Positions 1 through 10,880 of a stretch of 64,000 bases of DNA are shown here, one piece after another; the stretch's first letter is position 1, and each line of letters opens with the position of its first letter. Both the position numbers and the translations under genes were made by a program. The stretch is taken from NCBI GenBank assembly GCA_020536535.1, contig JAHLWZ010000702.1, positions 62,001 to 126,000 of the forward strand, in the 5' to 3' direction. Below the pieces are notes generated by a model. That model did not search any database and was not told where the DNA came from. It saw only the letters and a list, made by a program, of their open reading frames with translations. Source of the DNA: Pelomyxa schiedti. Its lineage: Eukaryota > Protista > Evosea.

Positions 1-1251
1 CAGTTGTGATGCTACTGCCGATGTTGTTTACTTTCCTGTATGTTATGAGATGCACTACTATGTTTGGCTTGTTCACCCAAAATGCTTTAGGGGGACGTAC
101 AAAGTATGAGAGAGGAAATGTTAGAATCGTATGTCCGTGCTTAGTCTAATGCATGATAATTAACTAAGTGAGAAATGTTATTAAAGACGGTTGGTGTTAG
201 GGACACTTCACGGGACTACGTGGAGTACTGCTTTGAGAATATGATTGAACTCCTAGCAAGTAAATTTGCTCCGTGCAATGTGTTTCTTGTTAAGTTGGTT
301 CACACTCTTTTGTTTTCAATTTTTCATGACCAAGGGCTAGGCCGGTAAGGTATGATGGCTCCTTCAACCACTACGACGACTTGATAATGCCAGGAATTGC
401 TGTTGTAAACCTTAAAGCCATGATGGAGGATGCACGTACTCAGTTCTCTACATCTGGTATAAATTCTTTCAGTCTGTGGCAAAAATTTATTCTCTTTCAG
501 AAGGAGGATTCCCCACGCGAAATGATCTTCCTGTAAAATTAATTGCGTTCAGCAAAGGTAAAACCTTCGGAATGTGTTAGTGAAACATCTTTACAATATT
601 CAAGGAGCCGTGGCTATTAACCACCTTCTTGCGGAACTGGCTACTGTCTGTGCAAATGGTTGAATCTTGTTATACCATGCATTCATTAACGGGGATTCCA
701 GACCCTTCGGGTCTTGTTTTGGACTGGGAAGTTGAAAACAAGCAAGGACGATGGAGTCTACCTACCTGGGGTATTTTTAACGTTGATAGTATTCGTACAT
801 TTACTGTTTCTCCTTGTAGAACCATCAATGCGCATTTCCCGGACAGCGAGTCGTAACAGTTTTCTTCTGGCTCATAAAAGTGATGTAATTGATTTCTTTA
901 GCCATGTTGAGCAACTGCACTGGGTAGACTGTCACAGATTCCCCACAAATCCTGTTGTTGTATCTGCTATAACAACTTCATTCCCAAGTCTCATCAAACC
1001 ACTTGGCGTTTTCTTACATTCCACTCCAAGACAAATGAAGGCATACTTTTTTTTTCACGACCTATTGCATTCCTAACAATAAAACCCAGGATAGAAGTAG
1101 AAAATGGATTGCTGCCGAGCACAATGAATTTGTGGCACAAGTGCAAACCCACAATGACCCAGCAAACTTGAAACTGCACGTGAAGGAGTACCTATCAAAC
1201 GAGCCTCCTAGTATGGAAAACCACTTTGCAGTCCTCAAACTCTTCTGCTGA
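1..1251 (+). CDS. C2orf69: C2orf69/UPF0565-family alpha/beta-hydrolase-like protein (multi-exon, 5' end outside the window)
   Basis: Manual splicing gives DVVYFP-GDVQ, KFAPCNVFLVK, KLIAFSKG-AVAINHLLAEL, LHWVD, FLHSTPRQM, KWIAAEHNEF and NEPPSMENHFAVLKLFC*. These match recalled C2orf69 motifs (YFPGDVQ, GFSKGCVVLNQLL, HVTPYQV, SIENHF). TGA at 1249-1251. Confidence 0.8.
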
Positions 1252-1377
1252 GTTCATTTGCCTCTTTGTCTCAACTCGCCAGATTCCTGTTATGCGCCAA
1301 ACCTTTTTTTGGTACACAAGTACCTTCGTCTAAAAAAAAACAACAAACCAATCACACAACGGGAAACAAAACAAAAA

Positions 1378-4300
1378 ATGAGCCAACAGGACGAGTGGGG
1401 GTTCACTGAAGCTCAACTGACGACCGACGACGGTTACGGCTCAACGACCTCCGTCGCCGCCGGGGGTGCCGACTACTCCATTATGGGAGCCTACTCCGCC
1501 GCCACCACCTCGGAGTACCCCGTTGCCGTCCCCGGGCTCGTGGGGACCGACGACTACGCGTCGTCCCCCTCCTCCTCCTCCTCCTCGGCCTCGTCCTCCC
1601 TGTCCTCGTCGGCGGACGACTACGTAGCGTTCATGCCGCCCCCGCCGCCCCTGGCCGCCCCGGCCTCGTCGGCGGACCTCCTCCTCGGCAGCCCCAGCGT
1701 GGTGGCCGTGAAGCCCTCGGTGTCTCCCCCTCCCCCGCCGCCGCCCTCGCCCCCGCACCCCTCGGCCGACGCGGTCACCACCTCCAACGCCGAGGACGAG
1801 TACGGCGGCGTCACGCTGGTCCTCAGGAAGCTCTCCTCGCCAAAGCCGTCCCCGGCCCTCCCCGCCCTGCTGCTTCCGCGAAAGGCCAGCGGCCCAGTGG
1901 GCTACACTCCCACTGCTCTGTGTGGGAATGGGAATGGAAATGGCAATAATGGGAGTTCCAGTTGCTCCTTTGCTTCTTCTTCTCCTAATATTGCTTATGC
2001 TCCTCAAGTCTCACAGCAGCAACAATCACAGCAGGGCAATGTGAATCCACCTATATCACCACCTTTTTTTGCTTCTATACCACCTCCAATTGTTCAGGAA
2101 GGAATTATACCCCCACCACCGCCTTTTGATGTGGCTCCCCCTCCCATGATTGATGTGCCACCGCCACCACCACTGCAGATGGAGACATCTGCTGATGCGA
2201 TTCCCCCACCACCGCCTCCATCAAATAATGTTGATGACTGCATGGCTATCCCTCCTCCGCAGCCATCTCCATCTCCAACTATTGTTTCCCAGGCAGTACC
2301 GATGTCACCCCCTCCATCACCAGTGTTTCTTCTACCCAAACCTCCGCACAGGGCACCACATCCACCTCCAGGTGAAATAGCAGCCTTCAGTCCGCCACCT
2401 TTTGTAGAATATTTACCACCATCAAATGATCTCCCTCCACCACTACCTGCAAATGATGTACCACCACCTGTAACTGATAACTTACCCCCGCCCATGTCAG
2501 ATGGCCTCCCCCCTGTAAATGCTATTACACCCCCTCCCACATGTGACATGGGTACTCGACAATAGGAAATTGTTGACTCTAACTCTTTTATGCAACAGAC
2601 ATTCTCCCACCTCCTGATATTCCACCTCCAACTGACTTTATCCCACCTCCCAGTTCAAGGTATATCTGCCTTCCCTTAAGATCCTTCTATAACAATTAAA
2701 AGCACTGGGACAACTCCCACCCGTGAATTTCGACAGTCAATGCCACTAGTATTTCTTAAAAGTGTTCTCACAAACAATCTCACATACTCCAGAGGCGCGG
2801 TAGCATAGAAGACGTTGATGAACCCGCACCCATAAGTAGTAGTTCTGCTTCCTGGCAAAGATCATTTATCGCAAGACGAGGTAATTTAAAATCTCTTTAA
2901 AATTCTTCGACGAGCAGTGCACCCTGCTTCTACCCAATATCACAAAACAGAATGACTAAAAAATTTTAGGACCAGCCCCAGCACCCTCAGCAGCTGCAAT
3001 ACAAGAGAACATCAGACTGAGAGGAGAACTAAAAATGTTGCGTGAGCAAGTTGAACTCACAAAGAAAAAGTATTTATCGTGTTCTATTTATCCTCTAATT
3101 CCCCATTTTAGCCTTGCTGGGAATGTAGGACTTGACCCACTCCTCCACTTCAATGACTTGAAGATCTCAACCGAATCCTTTGATACGTTAGCAGAAAATT
3201 GTATTTTACGCATGGAACGGAATCACATTCAGTACCAGATGCTAGCAATTGTATCTCCTAAATATCTGATTTTCTGGCTTAAAATTTTCTTCTAATTCCA
3301 GAAAACTTTTTTCAGCCTCTCAGAAGAAGTTGCTAAACTGAAAACAGGAAAGGAAGTACTTCAAGTAGGACTTCTCACTGCCATTTCGTTTGTGACTTAG
3401 TTTAGAAAATGTGTAAAACCCTCCAAGGACAACTTGAAGCAGCACTTAATACAACATCAGACTATGTGTGTAGTAAACCATAAAATGCTCATTAAAGCTC
3501 CACTAGTCTGAGGAAGGAATCATCTTTACAATAGACAAGAAGAATCCTAATAATACTGAAAAAGAAATCAAAGGTGGAACAATAGAAAAACTCGTTGCCC
3601 GCTTGTTTGCCAAGAATGTTGAATGTACTACCCTGCTTTTTTACTTGTTTCCCTTAATGCTACAAAGCACAATATCTGGACATATTTCTTCTGACATACC
3701 GAAGCTACACTGATGCAAACACGGTATTAGGAATGGTAATTAAAGCGTATGTAATGCAACTTCATAAAAGCAAAATAAATAAATAAGGATACATCAAAAG
3801 ATTTGATGACAATACCTCTACGGCAGAGGAGGCCAATGACCCATCTGTTTCAGCACAACAACGAACAGTCAAAAAAAAGACAACCCGGCTCAGGTATTCC
3901 TGTTAGCAATAGAATTGCTGAGTGAATGCAGGATTTGCAACGTTTTGCGTCGCTGGACAGACAATTACTGGCATGACTTCTGGGATGACCCGGCTCTTCT
4001 TGAAACCTACAAGCGTTTTGTTGAGGCCAATAAAGAAGTTCAGGGACTTCTTAAACCTGGCTTAGACAAAAGATTGGTACTTCCATGTGGGAAAATAAGT
4101 TGTATTAAGGCGATTTAGGCCTTGGGAAGTGCCATTCTACAACGAACTTGGGTGTTCAGTACGGATCCTCCCCCACCAATAGTTCCTACAAGGGCCACAT
4201 TTGAGGAAATTGACCCTATTGAAATTGCTCGTCAGATGTCTTTGCAGGAATTCGAGTTATATGTGGTATGTAGAGAAGCTATCTCTCGCAACTGAGATTG

Positions 4301-5190
4301 CTAGAATATACAAGCAAAGGAGCTACTATCTCTGTCATGGTCAAAGAAAGACAAGGAAAAGCGGAGTCCAAACTTGTTAGCAATGATACATCGGTTTAAT
4401 ACAGTACTTCTGCCAAACCTTTACTGTCGTAGTCAGTTTTGAAACCAGGTTAGTAACTGGACAACAGCAACAATTGTCAAAGAACCAGACCTCAGAAAAA
4501 GAGCAAACATTGTTCGCAAGTTTGTTCGAATTTTAGAGGTAGCTCAAACTGGTTTCAAAGCATTGCCTAACAGTTCTTAGGAACTGTTGAAGCTAAATAA
4601 CTTCAATGCAGTCTTTGAAATATCTGCTGGATTAAATTCTTCTGCTATAACTCGATTAAAGCTCACTTGGGCTGAGGTTTGTATTTGACATATTCTTGAC
4701 TCTATAAAAAATAACTGTATCTACAGGTTAAGGACACCTCCAAAATTATGGATAAAATGGGGTCAATAACGGCGCCGACTTCCAGTTTTGCAAGCTTAAG
4801 GCAGTTCTTACATAGTGCCAACCCCCCTTGCATTCCGTACTTGGGGGTCTACCTTACCGATCTGACTTTTATCGGTATGGAGGGAATTTTTTGTAAGTGT
4901 TTGTAACACACAGCAGAGGAAGGCAACACAGATACTATTGAAAATACTTATGTACACTTTGCTAAGTTCAGGATGGTTGCCGGCGTCATTCAAGAGATGC
5001 AACAGTACCAACAAGTAACAATACCGCGCCGCTTCTAACTGATTCTCACTGTTGCTTGTAGAAACCCTACAACTTTTCTCGAGTGGATTCCATACAAACA
5101 TTCCTGAATAACCTTGACAGTCTCTCAGAAAAGGAGGCCTTTGACCTTTCACTAGCCATTGAGAGAAGGCAACCCGCAGCAGGCTCCTGA
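1378..5190 (+). CDS. Ras guanine-nucleotide exchange factor (Pro/Ser-rich N-terminus, REM + CDC25 domains), multi-exon
   Basis: Exons encode GGTIEKLVARL, FLLTYRSY, RICNVLRRWTDNYWHDF, IDPIEIARQMSLQEF, LNNFNAVFEISAGLNSSAITRLKLTW and PCIPYLGVYLTDLTFI. ATG at 1378 follows an A-rich leader; the protein ends AIERRQPAAGS* at 5190. Confidence 0.93.
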
Positions 5191-5309
5191 ATCGGCTCAT
5201 CATTATACTATTAATTAAATGTAAAATTTCTGGTTTTGGCATTCCCTCTTTTCCCTTGTTCAGAAAATGCTTTTTCTTTTGTGGCTTAGAAACACGTTCT
5301 TCTTCTGCA

Positions 5310-6140
5310 CTAATCCTTATGAAGTGCAGGTGCTGAAGCACCCACAAATGCCATGAAGTCACACACCAGCCAGGACCCAAACATAGCAGCCCACACAGCC
5401 CCGGCAAAATGCCACATAGAGTGAGCATCAAAAATCCTCCTCCAAGGTAGGAACTCATGTACCTCAAACCATGCTCCCACCATCATTACAACAACACACA
5501 AGGCACCAAGCAGTCCCCTTTTTTCCCTGTGCCGGAACAGCCTCACGCAATTCCACGAAATGAACAGTGGTGCGTGTATGGCCACAAACACGCCGTTGTA
5601 GATTATCCCCCACCCATAATCCAGTCTCACCTTGGCCGGGTCGAAGCGCACCTGGTACCATATGTACCTCAGGTCCAGAATCGCAACGCAGAGCACGAGA
5701 ACTGCTCTGGCCCGCCGGTGGGACGAGAAGAATCGATCAAACACCCTGAGGACCGTGAGCATGGCCAGGAGTGATGAACACGCTGAGGCTGCCAGGTAGT
5801 CCCCAAGTTCGGTTGTCCTGGTCTCGTGCCAGTGAAAAAAGACTGAGCACAGCTGAGAGCCCAAACACACGAGTAGGAAGCAGGAGGCCAACCGCGAGAA
5901 GTCCCATAATGCCCACTCACGGGGGTGCCTGTGCCCACTCAAGTGCAACCAAGACCAGCACACGACCAGGAAAATCGCAGCGCAGCACGAAAAACACACG
6001 CTTGCTGGCTCCTCTATTCCCCAGAGTCTGCGGACCCTGAGGAATTTGTTGGGGTTGATTGCCCCCTCCGCATTCGCAACAATCAGCACAACAACAAGAG
6101 TTGCCGCTGCGAAAATGGGACTGGATGATCGCAACTTCAT
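5310..6140 (-). CDS. PGAP3: Per1/PGAP3-family GPI-anchor remodelling membrane protein (intronless)
   Basis: ORF 5310..6257; likely start MKLRSSS at 6140 with a signal peptide. Motifs GIEEPASVCFS, VFFHWHETRTTELGDY and RIFDAHSMWH (CREST-superfamily His motifs); several TM segments. Confidence 0.85.
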   Translation of the reverse strand: MKLRSSSPIFAAATLVVVLIVANAEGAINPNKFLRVRRLWGIEEPASVCFSCCAAIFLVVCWSWLHLSGHRHPREWALWDFSRLASCFLLVCLGSQLCSVFFHWHETRTTELGDYLAASACSSLLAMLTVLRVFDRFFSSHRRARAVLVLCVAILDLRYIWYQVRFDPAKVRLDYGWGIIYNGVFVAIHAPLFISWNCVRLFRHREKRGLLGALCVVVMMVGAWFEVHEFLPWRRIFDAHSMWHFAGAVWAAMFGSWLVCDFMAFVGASAPALHKD

Positions 6141-6561
6141 TTCCTCTACACGCCCGTTGTTTGGGGAAGTTGGAAGGGCGGAAAGTACAAACAAATAATC
6201 TTGATTTCGGTGAAGTCCCCTTTTTGGTTTACCGACGAGTATCAATCCGTCAATCAACGAAGAGTGAGATAAAACGGACCTTCACTCATGAAAGGCAATG
6301 CAAGCAACAGCAGCCACAACAAATTCTTGCCTTCGGGGGTAGCTACCCTCTGTGTGCATGGCTCAATTGTCACTCCCAGGAATCCTTTACTGGTTTGAGT
6401 CGTTTTTTATTGTGCTATTCCGTGTTGTGCATTTGTCTAAATGGCCACTGGTTTTCATTGGCTGATGGAGAGTTTTAGATGACGTTGTGCGTAGAGCAAG
6501 GGTGGAGAGCCACACATGATATTTCTACGGAGAAGATTTACAGTTCAGCACTTCGTGCTGC

Positions 6562-7470
6562 ATGTCTCAGTTCTATCTCGTTGGAAGGTTGGCTGTTTAT
6601 CTTTCAGTTGTGTTCAACTCACAACAAATAGAGGTAAAATGTCAGAATTACCATTGCAAAGGTAAAATCGCCGGCTCCATCCGGGTTGTGGCACGACAGA
6701 GAGTGCCACAAACTAAGGGAACTTTTGAACAATATGAATTCGATTTATTCAATATCTGCACTTCCTCAAGGTTAATTTTTTTTTCCCCGTTATTACCTTA
6801 AGGATATAAATCACAGAATACATATGCAAGTTCCTTCCCTGTGTATAGCTGTTAAACTATTACCTGACGCTACAGTTAAAAGCATGCCAATACAACTACA
6901 TTCGAAGTTTTTGAGATCAACACGTACTTACTTTTAACGACACATAACATACAAATCAAACCCTTCATTTCACAGAAATTCAGAATTCCTCACAGAGCTT
7001 GACTACAACGCAGAGTACATCCCCACCAAGTTCGGCCTTGTGCCGGACTGTTCCAATAGACACTCATTACTTCGCATTTGGTTCGCCAGCCCATCCTCAA
7101 CATTTAAAACTAAAAAGGTGCAGGTCTAACAATTAATGTACGGCTGGTTTTGCTTTCACCTGACTTCACTGACCAAATGTGCTATACAATGCTAGCGCAT
7201 GGCGCCAAGGCATATCCAATTCCCGGGCGGATAAATTTCTCCATTGTGGGGGTTCCTCACCCTCAATCGTCGTTTCAACCTTCGTGCAATACCGGCTACA
7301 GATTGAAGCTATTGCTTTCCTCCTTCAACAACGTGAGCGCTGCACAGAAGGCTATCGACATGTATTTTAAGTACATACGGAACGCATGTGAATACCCAAA
7401 CATCTTCAACACGGACATTGAAGCAAATTTGATGAGCCAGAGCCTAGCCTTCTTTGGAACATGGGACTAG
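6562..7470 (+). CDS. hypothetical protein (multi-exon; boundaries uncertain)
   Basis: Protein-like ORFs at 6562..6801 and 7150..7470 are separated by intron-like segments. No family recognised. Confidence 0.4.
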
Positions 7471-7687
7471 CCACCGTTTCCCCATCACCTAGACGAAATG
7501 TACATACATAGTTTGCTGTACTCTAGCTGTTGAGTTACCAATCAATATCCCAAACCAAATAATGGTTTGACCTACTACACTCACATCGAGCTTAATAGAA
7601 ACTCATCGCCTGTATCTCCCAAGTTGGGTCTAAAACCAAAACAAAAAGAAAACCAAACCGTTTGTACAAAAAAACCATCCCAAAACG

Positions 7688-10600
7688 ATGAGCGACTACG
7701 CCTCGCCCAGCTGCGACCTGTGCCACGAGAGGTTCGCTGCGTCAACAGCCAAGTTGGTGGCCCACGGAGGGGCCCCAGACGACGACACCCCCACCACTTC
7801 GGGGGCACCTGAGCAGGCATGGGTAGACGACGGCCTCCCGCGGTCTCTCGACTGCCTTCACTCATTTTGCACCGGGTGCGTGCAGCGCCTTGTCGACCGG
7901 GCACTGCGCCCTGCGACCAGCGGGGGTGGTGGCCCAGGGTGCACCACCACAACAACAGCGGTCAACGGTGCGCAACTGCAGGGTCAACTGGGGCAGACAC
8001 AGGGAGGCAGCGGTGATGGGGCGCAGGAGAAGGAGAGGGTTCGTGTTACGTGCCCTGTGTGTGGCACTGGGACGCCCATCCCACATCGCGGTATGCATTT
8101 GTGCTGTGCTGTTGGTATTATGGGATTGGTGGTTGTGGGAGAATATTTCTCTAACGCGTGATGAATGACCACTAGGTATCGGGGGATTCTTGATTGACTT
8201 CCGTGTGTTGAGTGCCGTGGAAACTGCACAGCCACTTTGTCACTACTGCAAGTCCAAAAATAGACAGACTCCTGGGGTGATATGGTGTCAACAGTGTGGT
8301 AAATTGATGTGCCAGGACCACAAGGCATTCCATGACGAGATAATGGAGGTACTTTGCCCCACTATCAGTAACTGGGCTACTCTTCTTAATTATTGTTGTA
8401 TCTGGTATAGGGACATGTCACTGTTCCGGCAGGAAATACACCTCGTCCAGATATAAGGATAAAACCAAGGAAACCAATTTTTTGCGAGATCCATCCACAG
8501 CAGGAACTGACATTCCTGTGCGGCTGCAAAAAGGTAACACTTATCACACTGGAGAGCCAATTTTTACATGTCGTAACCTAGTTCTTAGGTAATATGCAGA
8601 GACTGTGCCATTCTCTCACATCGTTCCTGCACACAACCTATGCCTGCTGAAGATGCAGTTAAAAATAGCCTGGGAGAAATTGGCACACTCACCAAAGATA
8701 TAAAGATCCGGCTCCCTGAAATTGACAATGGTTATTTCGTCTTAATTTGTTGACTTTGTTAATTTTCTTGTTCAGGAATTTCCACACTTGACAGGACATT
8801 GTCTCTTGTAGATGAAAATGCTAAGAAAACAAAGAAGGATATTGATGCGCACATAAACATGTTGTATGAAGCGGTGAAAAATCGCCATCTGGACCTGAAC
8901 AAGGAGGTTGAGGAAATTTCAAGCCAAAAAGTTGCAATGCTGGTTTCTCAAAAAGAACAAATCTCCATGGTTCTAATTGTCAAATGTAAGCTCACCAACT
9001 CACCCCACGAAAGGTTAGAACACAAATGCTCCAAGAGGCAAAGGTAGCTGACACATTAGAGGAATGGAGTCCAGTTGAAGTCCTCCTTGCCCAAACTAAA
9101 ATCAAGTCATGTGCTAAGACTCTTCTTCAATTTCCCCTTGCATCCATGGCTCCAGTTGTTGACCCTGAGATCAGCTTCTTTGGGAATATGCGCTCCTCTT
9201 CTGCAGCAAGTGCGCAAAGAGATCAAAAACCTACTGCTGCAGCATCACCTAACGATTCTGGAAAGGGTGAAGTACAATACTTGAAAGGGCATACGGCACA
9301 GGATTGCATCAAATGTGATGGCGTAGTTTCATCAGGAGTTTGTCTTGAAAAGTGCAAACTGCTAGGAACCGAAAACTTGTTCCGAATCGGAGTCACTAGT
9401 ACCATTTCACTCATTCCACATGATAACCTTGGCAACCCATGTTCCCCTGTTGATCCAATAGTCACTGTCAGTCCCTCTTCCTGCAACCTCGGTTAGTTGA
9501 CATTGTCTCTCACTAAATCTCACTGAAAAAAAGATGTGAAAAGGAAAGCAAGTGACCCTGGACCAGCGTCACAAGAAACAGCCACCTCAGCTTCTTCATC
9601 AGCACCACTAAAGTCACCAGCTTCATTCCTTATCTCCGTCACACCCACCGAGTCTGGACTACACCGCCTCTCCATTAGGTTTGGTAAAAACCAAAGCCAG
9701 CAGTTGGAATTCCGTGCACATGCAAGGGCCTCAGCGAGCCACAGCAAACTCACAGCTCTTTGCAAGGAAATACACTATCCTACTAGCTTCTTTGTCAACA
9801 ACGCTGCAACGTCCCGGTCTCAGCATTGCGCGGAAATTTCTCTAGTGGATGCCGATGGAGGCCCATATGAGCACGGGGATGTGACTCCAACAGTTTCCGC
9901 GTCAGTCCTCACTAAGGACGGTGAGAGAATAGCTCTGACTACTCATTTGTCACCAGGCAAGAGGCCAGGGTCCATCAACATCGCAGTTGGCATCACAGAC
10001 CCCCCCACTACACGGAATTTCAAAGCAGGCAAATTGGAGATACAAGCGGAGCTCACTGATGGACATGTGACAGGCAGCCCGCTGAGCATCACCGTGTGGC
10101 CGCTGATCTCTGTGGGCAGGTCAACTCTGGTTGCCCAAGCTGGAACAAGCACCAAAGCTACTGCGACACTTCAATTACTGGACTACGACGGGTTGCCTGT
10201 GCTGCCGGAAGTACTGGATGCTTCTGAAGTCCAAGTCACCGCCACTTGTACAATTGCCAACCATCCCGTAAATGCCCGGGTGCTGCCGAGGGCCAATGAT
10301 GGGAGCAGCAGCTACGCGATTGAGTGCGGGCCATTTGGGTGGTGCGGCGAGGCGACGGTTGGGGTGCAAGTGGTCGTGGCATGTGGGATGATGGAGGGAG
10401 GATCGACGGCGCCGGGGTTCACGCTGTCGGCGCGGGTTGAGATCCCCAGGGACTTGTCGTGGATGGACACGTCGGATGGGTGCGGGGGGTTCAGGCAGAG
10501 CACGTACGACAAGAGGGTGAGGTACGCAGTGTCCAAGGACAACAACTGGGACAAGGACCGTGTGTATGACTGCCCACCAGGGTACCACTGGGCATCAACC

Positions 10601-10837
10601 GCTGAGGCCGTGGCAATCTTCAAGAACAACGGCAACACCAGCGGAGTGTGCGTGTACGGCGGCCAAGGAGGCTGGAGCGGCTACACGTGGGGTGGCAAGG
10701 AACGCTGGCTGTTCAGGTTCAGCGACTCTCAGCAGACCAACGGGTACAAGCACGCGGGCAACTACGATGAGTGCCGGGTCGAGTTCGACGCCCGAACAAC
10801 GAGTTTCGCCGGCATTTGCTGCATCGCCGACACTTAA
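7688..10837 (+). CDS. TRIM-like protein: RING + two B-boxes + coiled coil + filamin/Ig-like region + unassigned C-terminal domain
   Basis: RING: CDLC...LDCLHSFCTGC...CPVC. B-box 1: CHYC...WCQQCGKLMCQDHKAFH. B-box 2: CEIH...FLCGCKK-VICRDCAILSH. Then a coiled-coil exon (8799-9047), beta-rich GSPLSITV-type segments and a Cys/Gly/Trp-rich C-terminal domain. Confidence 0.8.
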
Positions 10838-10880
10838 ACGAACTGTGTAGATACGAGAAAAAGAGAAAAACAAAAAAAAA

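Noticed and set aside
4808-5467. 219-aa minus-strand ORF overlapping the RasGEF 3' end
   Set aside because: Antisense to RasGEF exons and out of frame with PGAP3; no motifs.
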